64,000 nt of DNA from a virus, in IMG/VR virus record IMGVR_UViG_3300022856_000003; one strand, given 5' to 3'. Shown in pieces: positions 49,343-60,073 of this stretch. The translations under genes were made by a program, and so were the position numbers. Within the stretch, counting starts at the first letter, position 1, and every line of letters starts with the position of its first letter. The notes under the pieces were generated by a model. It made no database searches and was not told the origin of the DNA. It saw only the letters and a list, made by a program, of their open reading frames with translations.

Positions 49343-50674
49343 ATGTCCCCTCTCGACCCGCCCAGCCTGTCTTCCGCCGAAGTCCGACTCATCAGCCGAG
49401 TCCGTCGGCTCAAGAGGCTGATGGAACTCGATGCACCCACCGTCATCCAGACCTCGGAGTCTGGGCTCGTCAGCATCGCGGTGGCCAACTGTGTCGAGGC
49501 CCCATCGCCGGGTGCGTTTCGGCTGTCGACCTACGACGAGTCTCGAGACAACCTGGGCCTCGCCCCTGCCGGTCCCGCGGTGAAGCGCGGTGAGACGACC
49601 ATCACGATGGACGACCGGATGTTCGACTCGATGGTCGCCTGGAACTACCCGCTCGCCAAGTACGAGATCGTTCCCGACAACCTGATGAACAACGGGGACA
49701 CCTGGACGATGGATGTGGTGGCCAACACGGGTGACGACATCGTCGAGTTCGACCGGTGGCAAGAAGGCGAGAAGGTGATGGGGATCGGCATCTACCAGAT
49801 CTGCGCCGACCTCATCCGCATGGGCAAGATGCCTGCGGGCAAAGTCATCATCAACGCGAGCTGGTAGTCCGATGTACGGATGTGTTGACCTCTGTTTTGG
49901 TGTGAAGCTCTACGGCATGGACACGATGCGAGAGTCCTTCGACGTATCGAAGTGGAAAGACGCGATGATCGACATCGCGAAGTACGAGTTCGACGGAGTC
50001 GACACTCTCGAGACCGCTGAGTTCGGAAACCCTGACGAGTGGGACGACGACGGCATCAAGATGTTCGTCGAAAACTGGCTCGGTGAGTCTAACTACGTCG
50101 AGAGTCCCTACACGGGCTCCGGTACGCCGCCGATGTACATCGGCATCCAGATCGGTAGCTGGCCCTACTTCCATTCAGGAGGAGAAGACGGGTTCATCGC
50201 CGCTGCGCGGAATGACCGACCCCTGACCGACGAGGAGTCAGGTAGGTGGATGTCCAAAGTGCCCGCAGAGGTACGCGACATCCTCACCAGGCACGGACAC
50301 ATCCCAGGGTTCGTCTGGGGAGCCAGTACAAGCTGATGCTCGAACGACTCAAAGCCTACGCCGCCGACACGAAGCCGCTCCTGGAGCAGGTCATCGCCTT
50401 CCGCCAACAGACCCTTGGAGGGTGGAACGTCACCAACGGCTCTGTGCGAGTCTTCTTCAAGAAGGGTGACGTGAGTGTTATCTACAGCGAGCATGGGGTC
50501 GGATGGAGGCTCGAGTCTGTGCGGATGGTCGACGACGGACATGTTCTATGGCGGATGAATGGAGACACGTTGAAGGTGACTTCGACGAGAAGTTCCAGGG
50601 TCGTTCCGCTCGGGGATGGGTTCGTTCGGTCCTGGCGTGACTGTGACGAAGTGTTCTACGAGTGACCCGATTGC

Positions 50675-50726
50675 TTGACATGCCTGCGATGTTCAACTAG
50701 AATGTGGTTGGAACGAAATCGATTGC
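50675..50726 (+). promoter_or_regulatory. near-consensus sigma70 promoter with a downstream palindromic site
   Basis: TTGACA-17 nt-TAGAAT (50698-50703); GAAATCGATTGC at 50715. Confidence 0.75.
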
Positions 50727-50915
50727 GCCGAAGGTCGGCGAGGAAGAATCCAGAATGATCAATCTCCACAACCTGTTCATCGCCCGTGACGGAATCGTAG
50801 CCGCTCTGGCCGAAGGTCTGTCTCCCGTGCAGGCTCTCAAGAAGGTCCGCGCGACGAAGGCTGGAAAGACCATCAGCGTGACGACCCTGATCCGCATGGC
50901 TCGGCGGCTCCAGGC

Positions 50916-51227
50916 ATGAACCCTTCCCCCTCAATCGCTGAGTCTGCCGTCTCAATGGCGTGCCTGTTCAAGGCCGTTGGCGACCGAGAGCTTTCAATCA
51001 CGAAGGCATCGGTCGCCACTGGTGGAACCAGCGCGATGGGAAAACCCTGGGCGAAACGCCATGTTGATCGGCTCGTCCGAGCAGGCATTCTGACCGTCCG
51101 TCAGAAGGGGAAGTGTCGCTGGGTTCGCCCCGCGAACCACGCCGAGTTCATGGAGTGGGCGAAGACGCAGGAGACGTATGAGTACACCGAGTCCATCGGC
51201 CAAAGCTGGGCGGAACACATCTCATGA
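50916..51227 (+). CDS. putative winged-helix DNA-binding protein
   Basis: AKRHVDRLVRAGILTVRQKGKCRWV resembles a recognition helix plus wing. Confidence 0.5.
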   Translation: MNPSPSIAESAVSMACLFKAVGDRELSITKASVATGGTSAMGKPWAKRHVDRLVRAGILTVRQKGKCRWVRPANHAEFMEWAKTQETYEYTESIGQSWAEHIS

Positions 51228-51813
51228 GCCGCCTCAAGACCATCGTGGAGATCGAGAAGATCCTCCGCGACCATGTGACCAACGGGGAAGTGGACGCCGA
51301 TGGCGATCCGAGGAACTATGGTCATCCGCTCCATGACAGTAAGGCCCGCTATGCGTGGCTCGTCGCTGCGGACGCCTTGAAGCCTCATCCGATCCCCGCT
51401 GCCATGCCGACCCGCGAGCGCATCAAGGAGCTGGAGGTCGTGTGGTGGCCTCTAACGATGGGGAAGACGAACAGGTCCGAGGATTGGACCGAGACCCTCC
51501 TAGCCGTTCTGACGGCAGAGGAGGCGGTCTGGGGCCTGCGTTTCGAGTCCTACCTCGATGTCTCAGGCTGGGACCGCTCCGATAGCGGTGACGTTGAGTA
51601 CTCGCTCAACGCTGGGAATAGCGACAAGCACGATGAGGATCCTGTCGTCAGCCTCGTCATCAAGCGCGACATCTCATCCTGGGAGTGGTTCGTTCATTCC
51701 GACTCCTCATGGGGCGAGAAAATCGCTCAAGGCACCGGAAACCTAGCCATCGAAGCCATCGTCGCGGGTCTCTGGGCCTTCCGAACCGCATGTGACGCAC
51801 GAGGAGTGGAGCT

Positions 51814-52458
51814 GTGACACCGGACGAATACTACGCCCACGTCAGCCCGCCGCGTAAAGCCTTATCGAAGCTACTTAGTGGCCTCGCGCAGATCGTACTC
51901 GATGCGGGCTCTGGCAATTCCGTAGGCTGGCGAGGCGCAGTCCGCGCCATCAACTCGCTGCCGATGCTGGCGGAAGAGATCGAGATTGCCGAGAATCCGC
52001 CGTACAGCTACGAGACGAAGACGCCATGGGAGATGGGTCAGCTCGGTTGGCAGGTAGAGAACACCGTCAACTTGCTCGGGTGGGGTAAGTCCACTGGATG
52101 CTCGATTCGCATCCGCCGTTGGGACTGGCATGGCGACCATGGTGATGCCCACTTCCTGGTGAACTACACGACAGAAGACGGGTACCAGGACGCCTACGAC
52201 CGATGCTGCCGTAAGGCGCTCCAGGCGTGGAAGGAGTATCGAAAGCCGGGATGCCCGCCCAATGGCATCGGCAAGGCATTGAAGCGAGACAAGCTCAAAG
52301 AGGGCATGCGCGACCGCCTCTTCGGCGACGACGACACGAAGGTCAACACCACCGTTGAGGTGCTGCTCGCGGAACTCGACAATGCGCTTGGCTTGCCGAT
52401 GTTCGCCAACGAAGAAGACCCAGTCGAGAACGCTCTCGACACGGTCCAGGAGGATTAG
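51814..52458 (+). CDS. hypothetical protein with the C-terminal tag
   Basis: Ends EDPVENALDTVQED. Confidence 0.65.
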   Translation: MTPDEYYAHVSPPRKALSKLLSGLAQIVLDAGSGNSVGWRGAVRAINSLPMLAEEIEIAENPPYSYETKTPWEMGQLGWQVENTVNLLGWGKSTGCSIRIRRWDWHGDHGDAHFLVNYTTEDGYQDAYDRCCRKALQAWKEYRKPGCPPNGIGKALKRDKLKEGMRDRLFGDDDTKVNTTVEVLLAELDNALGLPMFANEEDPVENALDTVQED

Positions 52459-52982
52459 ATGTCGATGAAGCTAAATCAGGAGCAGACGAACTTTCTCCTC
52501 AGCCTCCTGCATGACGAGTGGCAGAACGCGGACGAAGAAGATCTTGCCGACCTCGAGCTGATCGAGGCGACCGTGCGGGCTTCCATCGCAGAGGCTCATG
52601 GTCTCCCGTCCGACTCCGGTTCGCTTTGCATCCTCAACATCACGCCGTCGAAGGAGACCTAGATGGAACCGACCGCATCAGAAGTACTCGCTGACGTGAT
52701 AGCGAAGGCTGTAGTCAAGAAGATGAGAGGGACCTCCTCGGTCCTCTCCTCCATCCTTGCCTTCCTGCTGGTCGGATTGCCTATCGCATCCATCATCTAC
52801 GCCGCCGAGAAGTCGCAGAACAAGCCGTCCGACGAAGGTCCTTGGTCGCTCGTACAACCCGCTCAGCACATGAGCGACAATCAACAGATCCCCGCCATCT
52901 ACACGGCAGAGATCGACGGTCGACGCTGTCTCGTACTCATGGGAGTACTGGCCGATAGCCTCGACTGCGAGGAGAGAGACTG

Positions 52983-53609
52983 ATGGGTAATATCGGCGGC
53001 CTGATGAGGCGAGGTGCCTTGTCCATCGACACTGTTCGACCAGTGGCTCGACAAGTCTGTCTGGACCTGTTCCCGACACTCATCAAGGTGGTCGATGCCG
53101 AACACGGTGTTCTCTTCGAGTGGGTCCACGAAGATGACCGCGCCGCCGCCTACCAGGGCGAAGCCTTCTGCTGGTACCAGTACAACCGCTCGAAGGTCGG
53201 TGGAAAGCCCATCCGATGGGGTGAGTTCGGCTGGTGGCTACGAGGCCGGATCGAGGCCCACACTGCCGACCGACTCAGCGGAGTCGTAAAGCACTGGGAC
53301 GAAGGTGTCGGTGAAACCTGGCTACCAGACCTCGAGAAGCACAAGACCCCCTGGGAATACCAGCGTGGGTACCTGAGCAACTCGACCTCGGTGTGGGCTG
53401 ACTGCGCGTTAGTTCTCGCTGCCTTCTCGGGATACAAGAAGTTGCCTGCGGGACTCGATCAGAAGTACATCGACGACTACCCCGAATGGGTCCAGATCGC
53501 CTCATGCCCCGCCCCAAAACAGCCGCCGATGTGGTGGAAGTTGCTCACGGGCAAGTTGAAGCCGAAGACCGAAGTCGACGAAGTACTCGACATCATTGGA
53601 GAAGACTGA
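52983..53609 (+). CDS. hypothetical protein with the C-terminal tag
   Basis: Ends KTEVDEVLDIIGED. Confidence 0.65.
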   Translation: MGNIGGLMRRGALSIDTVRPVARQVCLDLFPTLIKVVDAEHGVLFEWVHEDDRAAAYQGEAFCWYQYNRSKVGGKPIRWGEFGWWLRGRIEAHTADRLSGVVKHWDEGVGETWLPDLEKHKTPWEYQRGYLSNSTSVWADCALVLAAFSGYKKLPAGLDQKYIDDYPEWVQIASCPAPKQPPMWWKLLTGKLKPKTEVDEVLDIIGED

Positions 53610-54552
53610 TGGCCACCGCCGAAGACCTGACCGAGACCGAACCGACCAGCCAGTGCGCCATTTGCAAGTCCACCGACGTTGAAGTGCGCCGATCCGACTG
53701 GTTCAAGGTCAACGGGAAGAAGGAATGCACCTACGGTGACCCTGACTCCTCGGACATCGAGTACCACTGCCAGGACTGCGATCACAACGAGATCGAGCCC
53801 TACGTCGCCAAGAAGGAGGCCACCGATGGCTGACCAGCCAGAGTGGATTGAGGTCAAGCTCATCCTCCGCTATCGACCCAGCGTTCTGACTCCTGGAGGA
53901 GAAAGTCGCAACGAGCCCTCCGACGAAGACGAGCTGATCGAGGAGATCGATCGGGCGATGAACTCCTCCCACTTCGGTGGTCAGATTGAGGTTCGCCGCG
54001 ACCCTCGTCACGACTGGACTCCCGGAATGCACGCACAACGCGCCCACTGGGACGCGATGACCTCGGGTGAGATTCCTCGACCCAAGTGCGTCCAGTGTGG
54101 CGAGACCGTTGAGGTTGAGCGCATCGTCTACGCGAGCCCGACTTGCTACGCATGCCTGCCACCACCACGGCTGACCAAAGAGAAGGAAGACAAATGAAGG
54201 ACTTCGTCGGAAGAGAGATTCAGCCACAGGACTTCCTCGTCAAAGGAGGCAAGGGAAACGGCGCAGGCGAGTACGGAATGATCCTTCACCGGGCACTCAC
54301 CCTCGCGGACGGTAGTGTTCGCACCGCCAGGCTCAGCATCAAGTACGACCACTCCACGGGGGTCTCGGTATCCACGGTCAGAATCAAGCAGACGACCATC
54401 TCAAATCTGAACACCGTCATGGTGGTGACCCCTCCCAAGCACGTAGTGGAGCTGTTCGAGCGAGCTGAGGCTAAGACCCTCACCGACGCCGACAAGGACA
54501 CCATCGGCAACTGGCTTCACGGGTCGTCGCACCAGAAGCCCTGGGGCTGACA

Positions 54553-54855
54553 ATGACCGTCGAACTGAGCAAAGAAGACTTCAACATGCTCATCGTCGGC
54601 GCAGTCCGCTACGCCATCGGACGACAGACCTACGTCGTCCAGGAGACAGTGGATCTGGTGCTACGACACAGAGATTCCATCACCAGGGGCCGCTGCCAGA
54701 TCATCGTGAGGTCCATCCGCGAGGAGGAGAAACGGAGCCGTCTAGGAGGAAGACCCGACACGTACCGGTGGACCCGTCTCGCCGAGGCACTCGAGCAGCC
54801 ACCAAGACCGTCGGACCCTGTCGAAGCCGCGCTGGATGACATCGCGTTCTCTTGA
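54553..54855 (+). CDS. hypothetical phage protein with the C-terminal tag
   Basis: GAVRYAIGRQTY motif; ends SDPVEAALDDIAFS. Confidence 0.65.
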   Translation: MTVELSKEDFNMLIVGAVRYAIGRQTYVVQETVDLVLRHRDSITRGRCQIIVRSIREEEKRSRLGGRPDTYRWTRLAEALEQPPRPSDPVEAALDDIAFS

Positions 54856-54880
54856 CAACGGTAACCACTTCGACTAGAGT
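54852..54880 (+). promoter_or_regulatory. sigma70-like promoter
   Basis: TTGACA-17 nt-TAGAGT. Confidence 0.65.
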
Positions 54881-55032
54881 AGAAATATGCCGCGTGAAAG
54901 CTCCAACGTCCGAATCGCCAACGCAATCAAGCTCCTGGACGACTTCGCCACCGAGGCGTCTTCCACTGATCAGGAGCCCGAGCAAGATGAGTGGTGGGAT
55001 CTCCTGTACGCCGTCCTCAAGGCGCTGAGAGG

Positions 55033-55470
55033 ATGAGCTACCACGTCGAGGAACTCGAGAAGTTCAGCAAGGCCCGAAAGACCGATCAGGACGCTCGATT
55101 CCAGATGGGCCGTAAGTACCAGCTCCTCACGCCGCGAGTGCAGGAGGTCGTGGCGATCTGCCGTGGCATGACAGATCGTCCTCCGAGGGACACTCGGTTC
55201 AAGCTCTGGCGCGTCAAGAAGATGGGCTCCGTCATCGAGGTGCTTCACGAGAGATACTACGGAGAGGGGGTCTACGGTGTGTGCTCGCGTATCCAGTTCC
55301 CCGCCTCCTGGCTCGACATGCCAAGGGATGAGATCAAGGCTGAGATGACTCTCACGCAGCAGAAGATCACCGACTTCGATGACGGTCAGGAAGGCTACCC
55401 AGCCGTCCCAGGGCCTCCGCAACCAGATACCGACCCGGTCGAGGACTTCCTCGACGACCTGATGGAATAG
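55033..55470 (+). CDS. hypothetical protein with the C-terminal tag
   Basis: ATG 55033; ends TDPVEDFLDDLME. Confidence 0.65.
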   Translation: MSYHVEELEKFSKARKTDQDARFQMGRKYQLLTPRVQEVVAICRGMTDRPPRDTRFKLWRVKKMGSVIEVLHERYYGEGVYGVCSRIQFPASWLDMPRDEIKAEMTLTQQKITDFDDGQEGYPAVPGPPQPDTDPVEDFLDDLME

Positions 55471-55773
55471 ACATGGTTGGACCAAAAGAGCGGTACTCGA
55501 AGCCCATCACGATCTGGTGAGCCGTGGTCGTAGGGTATGGCCCGAAAGGGACGTGCCCGACCGGCAGGTTGCCGGTATTCAGTGTCGAGACCGAAGAGGA
55601 AGCTGAGGCGTTGATCCAGCTCGCCTGTTCGACGAACTACGAAGGCGAGTACATCGCGAAGGAACTGGCGGAAGAGCAGACCATGGAGAACCTCCAGGCA
55701 TTCAGCGACCGACTTGCCGACATCCACGAGAGGTTCTTCGCTCCACGGTGCCCCGCGAAATCGATTTCACCGG

Positions 55774-56160
55774 ATGAGTAGGACCTGCCAGAGGTGTGGC
55801 GACACAGATCCGCCGTCCATCAACACGGTCTGTCAGAACTGCGGGGCTCTCATCCGTGGAAACAGAGTCCGCAATTTTCGATACGTCGTGAGCCAGCAAG
55901 GGAGCCACTGGGTCGCCCGCGTGTTCTCCGGGTACAGAGGGGAAACCTTCGCCGCCCTGGGTGCGCTTACGATGGACAAGACTGACGTGGAGGATCTTCA
56001 CGAGATAGCCAACTACACGCCGTTCATTGAGGTCCAGTTCGCCATAGCTGCGGAGAGGCAACTTGTTAAGATCAGGTACGACAGGGCTGGCCCAAAGAAG
56101 TCCCCTGACTCTTCGATAGAGGCCGAACCTAGTCTCCTCGACATCATCCAGGACACGTAG
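55774..56160 (+). CDS. Zn-ribbon protein with the C-terminal tag
   Basis: CQRC...CQNC; ends AEPSLLDIIQDT. Confidence 0.6.
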   Translation: MSRTCQRCGDTDPPSINTVCQNCGALIRGNRVRNFRYVVSQQGSHWVARVFSGYRGETFAALGALTMDKTDVEDLHEIANYTPFIEVQFAIAAERQLVKIRYDRAGPKKSPDSSIEAEPSLLDIIQDT

Positions 56161-56208
56161 GCGGCCCGTTGTGCTACTATGCGCTTGTTCAACCGATGTT
56201 GAGGTGAA

Positions 56209-56715
56209 ATGAGCACAGACCCACGACCATCCTGGCTACTCGACGCAAAGCTCAAGGTAGAGCTGGTGCCGCAGACATCCTGGGGCAACAACCTCCGATC
56301 CCTCCTGCGTCGAAAGGACTGGGATAACCTGCGCCGAGAGGCGTACATGAAGGCTGGTCACGTCTGCGAGATCTGCGGAGGCAAGGGTCGAAAGCACCCC
56401 GTCGAATGCCACGAGATCTGGGAGTACGACGACGATGCGAAGATCCAGAAGCTCACTGGGCTCATCGCTCTCTGTCCCGCGTGTCACCGCTGCAAGCACC
56501 CCGGTATGGCCGCAAGGATCGGCCTGATCGCCAACGTGTTCGCTCAGCTCGAGAAAGTGAATGGATGGACCTGGGACCAGGCCCGCGTGAGTCTCGAGCT
56601 TGCCTTTGAACTTCACCGACTCCGCTCGACCGTCCCCTGGACCGTCGACACGGACTGGCTCGGACTCGACGAGCAAGGTGTGACCTTGCTTCGCATGGGG
56701 ACTTCCGGTGAGTGA
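56209..56715 (+). CDS. HNH endonuclease-family protein
   Basis: LVPQTSWGNNLRS, CEICG, CHEIWEY, LCPACHRCKH. Confidence 0.85.
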   Translation: MSTDPRPSWLLDAKLKVELVPQTSWGNNLRSLLRRKDWDNLRREAYMKAGHVCEICGGKGRKHPVECHEIWEYDDDAKIQKLTGLIALCPACHRCKHPGMAARIGLIANVFAQLEKVNGWTWDQARVSLELAFELHRLRSTVPWTVDTDWLGLDEQGVTLLRMGTSGE

Positions 56716-57784
56716 TCGTTCCCAAGGCGAGTTCTGGGTCCACCGGAAGTACGCCGAACTCGTCAGCTACATGGTCGACTGCGGCGGATGCGAAGCCGAG
56801 AGCGAGGAGGAATGGCGTCTCCTGGTGTTCGAGCCCGCCTACGGCCAGTTACACGGGGATGCCAACGACGTAGAAGATACCACCGTTGTCCACATCACCC
56901 AGGGAGAGATGGCCGGAGGTGGCTACTCGGTCTCCGAGAGCATGGCTGGTCTAGGCATCCCGTTCCAGCACTACGGGAGCCGCCACTACATGTGGGCTGA
57001 GTACCGTAGTTGCTCTCTCGGCAAGCCAGGAGACTGGGGAAACTACGACTACGAGGGCGGGTACTGCCTGGAGTTCGGCAACGACTCAAAGCCTATCCCT
57101 AAGCATGTGGAGGTCATTGGGGCCTTTCATCACAGATGGCTCAAGATCGGACGCATCAACCTGGGGGCTTACCCCTATGTCCCGAAAGACGGCAGCGTGG
57201 GTGCGTGGTGGTTGAAGTACGTGGTTGAGAGGAAGGTCGAGGAGGCTGAGGCGGCTGAGAACAGTGTCGTCAAGGACATGTCGACTCAGATGGCTCAAGA
57301 GATCGACGCCGACATCATCAAGACGTTGAACGCTGGTTTCCAGAAAACAACGTCCGCGCTCGATGACGCGCAAGAGAAGCTCAAGCAGTTGAAGCTCAAG
57401 AAGGACCTCCTTGCATGGTCGGCGAAGAAGAAGGCCGCGAAGAAGAAGGCTAAGCTCGAGAAGCTCAAGGCGAAGAAGAAGCTCGTTGAGAAGGTCGTTG
57501 AGACGGCCATGGTCCAGAGCATGAAGAAGGACTTCAATATCGACTACTTCTGCGCTTCCTGTGAGGATCTCGGTTGCTTCCAGTGCGCGGAGAGTGAGCC
57601 TGAATCTTCCTGTACCGAATGCGACGGATCGGGTTGCTACGAATGTGAGGATGTCGTCGGGAAGTTCTTGCCGGATGCTGAGAACGGCACGGTCTGTAAG
57701 AAGCATGGCCTCTACGCCTGCTTTTCATGTGTTCCTGGCGCAGTCGAGCCTGATGTTCTGGACATCATCTACAACACGGACTGA
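56708..57784 (+). CDS. mosaic protein with a gp23-like helix, Lys-rich coil, Cys-rich repeats and the C-terminal tag
   Basis: MSTQMAQEIDADIIKTL; CxxCxxxGCxxC twice; ends EPDVLDIIYNTD. Confidence 0.65.
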   Translation: MSDRSQGEFWVHRKYAELVSYMVDCGGCEAESEEEWRLLVFEPAYGQLHGDANDVEDTTVVHITQGEMAGGGYSVSESMAGLGIPFQHYGSRHYMWAEYRSCSLGKPGDWGNYDYEGGYCLEFGNDSKPIPKHVEVIGAFHHRWLKIGRINLGAYPYVPKDGSVGAWWLKYVVERKVEEAEAAENSVVKDMSTQMAQEIDADIIKTLNAGFQKTTSALDDAQEKLKQLKLKKDLLAWSAKKKAAKKKAKLEKLKAKKKLVEKVVETAMVQSMKKDFNIDYFCASCEDLGCFQCAESEPESSCTECDGSGCYECEDVVGKFLPDAENGTVCKKHGLYACFSCVPGAVEPDVLDIIYNTD

Positions 57785-57839
57785 AATCGATTTCGCAGGA
57801 CGCCGTCGCGTTGCTACGCGCGACCCGTTGTGATACTCT
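57783..57839 (+). promoter_or_regulatory. palindromic site followed by a sigma70-like promoter
   Basis: GAAATCGATTTC at 57783; TTGCTA-17 nt-TACTCT (57811-57839). Confidence 0.55.
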
Positions 57840-58101
57840 ATCGATGTTCAAACGAATGCCCGTCAAGGTGACGGTGGAGGTGAACAGTGGCTTCTCGACG
57901 ATCTCAATGGAACAACGGAGCTAAGCGGTGCGTACAACGTCACCGTGGAGTTCAGACCCAATCAAACCTTGACGGTAAGAAGGCTCAAGAACGCCTTCAA
58001 GAGCGTCAAGTCCGTGCCGCTGCTCGTCGTGAAATCCGACGTGAGCGATGGTTTCAAGATCTCCTTGAGAGCTTCGAGCGTGAGAGCTTTGGACGACGCT
58101 G

Positions 58102-58533
58102 GTGAGTCAGGCCGACATTCTCAAGAAGCCCTGCCCAGGGTGCCCTTTCTCTCGAAAGACGGATCCGAAGTACCTCAAGTCTCGAGGCGAAGACGTGCGC
58201 CGATTCATCGGACAGTCCGTCGGCCCATTCTTGCTCCCGTGTCACACGTTCGCGGACAAGGAAGACTGGCCTCTCGACGTGGAGCGGCCACAGTGCGTGG
58301 GTGCTGCAATGCACCGAGACCTCATCGGCGTTGCGGACAGTCTCCCAGAACAGCTCACCAGAGCCACAGGTGACGCTGAGGAGGTCTTTGAGTCCTCTGC
58401 CGCGTACATGGCCTATCACGATGGCTGCACCGTCGAGGAGGCCGTAGAGAAGCTCGACAACTATCCTGTGAATCGTCTCTTCTACGACGAGATCGCTCGT
58501 TGTCATCGATCAGGACGAAAGGTGAAGGCATGA
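58102..58533 (+). CDS. Cys-rich protein (PCxxCPF family)
   Basis: KPCPGCPFSRK...PCH...QCVGAA. Confidence 0.6.
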   Translation: MSQADILKKPCPGCPFSRKTDPKYLKSRGEDVRRFIGQSVGPFLLPCHTFADKEDWPLDVERPQCVGAAMHRDLIGVADSLPEQLTRATGDAEEVFESSAAYMAYHDGCTVEEAVEKLDNYPVNRLFYDEIARCHRSGRKVKA

Positions 58534-59477
58534 GCGTCAAGCTGTACGGAGGTCGCATCCGCAGGATGGGCATCACGAACATCCATGCGTGGCAGTTGAA
58601 TCTACAGAAGGCTGCTGACCAGATGACTCAGGCCGCGCGGTTGTTCGCGTATGACTTCGTCTTCAATCAGGCAGTACGTCGTGCAGACCTTCTCGCCTGC
58701 GGTATGCCGTTTCACGGCGAGTTCCCCTGTGCCCCTGACCAGGCTGCATTCCAAGACCCTGCGAATGCATTGAGTCCGTTCAGCGCGGCCTGCGAACTCT
58801 ACCAAAAGCGGGTCGAGAATCTAAAGAAGGGCACACGCGATCCCCTGACGGATCGCTCGATGGAGCTGTGTTGGCACATGCAGATCGACGGGAGCATCCT
58901 GGTCATCCTCTACGGCGAGCGAGATCAGAAAGCGATGGCCACGAAGCTCCTCGGTCTCGATGACTACCACTACCAGAACCAGTCTGATCCCTCGGAGGAC
59001 TGCTCCAAGCAGGAGTGGGCCGAGCGCGGGACAGCATGGTCGACCCTGTTGGACGGATGGAATGCGGCTCCCGCCGCGAGGATGTCCACCTTCCAACTGG
59101 CTCCCCCACCCGAGTTCCTCATCTGGTGGAAGGGTCACCACCCTGAGAACCTGACGTGCGACACGCTTCCCGAGCGACTCCACCAGCTCGCCACCGAGCG
59201 TATCCACCTCGAGCACCCACTCCCGAAGAAGGATGGAGAGACCATCGGCGATTTCGTCGGGAACATGGGTGCCCACATCACCGACATCAAGAGCAGGACG
59301 AAGCCGGGAGGTGATCTCCAGAACCGATGGCTCGAGATCCTCGTTGACTGCAACGAACGCATCCCGGCGGAACCCAGTCTGGAGTGGGTCAAGACGCGAC
59401 GTGCCGCACCCACGGTCGGACCTACGGCGCTCGATGCTGCTCTCGACGAGATTGAGAAGTCGAAGGACTCCTCATGA
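58530..59477 (+). CDS. hypothetical protein with the C-terminal tag
   Basis: DYHYQNQSD motif; ends PTALDAALDEIEKSKDSS. Confidence 0.65.
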   Translation: MSVKLYGGRIRRMGITNIHAWQLNLQKAADQMTQAARLFAYDFVFNQAVRRADLLACGMPFHGEFPCAPDQAAFQDPANALSPFSAACELYQKRVENLKKGTRDPLTDRSMELCWHMQIDGSILVILYGERDQKAMATKLLGLDDYHYQNQSDPSEDCSKQEWAERGTAWSTLLDGWNAAPAARMSTFQLAPPPEFLIWWKGHHPENLTCDTLPERLHQLATERIHLEHPLPKKDGETIGDFVGNMGAHITDIKSRTKPGGDLQNRWLEILVDCNERIPAEPSLEWVKTRRAAPTVGPTALDAALDEIEKSKDSS

Positions 59478-59628
59478 TCGACCGGCTCCATCGCCTCCTG
59501 GGGCTCGCCGTGGTTACGCCCTATGTGGTCGCCTGCGTTCTGTTCGCAGGGGTCGGTGTATGGTTGCTGTCACGACCTGACTCGCACGCAATCACCGTGG
59601 CCTGGTTCAAGTGGTGGGGGTTCTGGAC

Positions 59629-59949
59629 ATGAACAAAATCGAGCATCTCTTGTCTTGTCTCGCGGAGGAATCCGCAGAGGTCGTCCAGGCGGCGATGAAG
59701 ATCCATCGCTTCGGACAGCACGATGGATACCCAGGTACCGACCGCACCAATATCGGTGATCTGGCACATGAACTCGACGACCTCGCCGGGGTAGTGTCCA
59801 TGCTCCGCGCCGAAGGAATTCTGCCGCCCGAGGACCACAACCGGGTGCAGGCAAAGGTGCTCAAGGTCGAGAGGTTCATGGAACACGCACGGAAGACTGG
59901 GGCTTTGGAATGCCACACAACGGACGTAACAGAACCGGAGACTGACTGA
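59629..59949 (+). CDS. MazG-like nucleotide pyrophosphohydrolase
   Basis: LAEESAEVVQAAMK..RFG and ELDDL (EExxE/ExxD pattern). Confidence 0.75.
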   Translation: MNKIEHLLSCLAEESAEVVQAAMKIHRFGQHDGYPGTDRTNIGDLAHELDDLAGVVSMLRAEGILPPEDHNRVQAKVLKVERFMEHARKTGALECHTTDVTEPETD

Positions 59950-60073
59950 TGGTGGAGCCCTACCTTACCGGTGACCCAGAGCCGATAGAGCGCGACTACA
60001 GGCTGATCGATACCGCACTACGTCTGTACGTGTGGGTGATCTGGCTGACAATTCTGTGGCTCGTGTTTTCGTG

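Noticed and set aside
35713-52665. In-frame TAG-ATG junctions (35713, 49340, 52456, 52660) suggesting amber recoding
   Set aside because: Each downstream ATG has its own Shine-Dalgarno-like sequence, and conserved genes are intact under code 11. This is compact gene packing.
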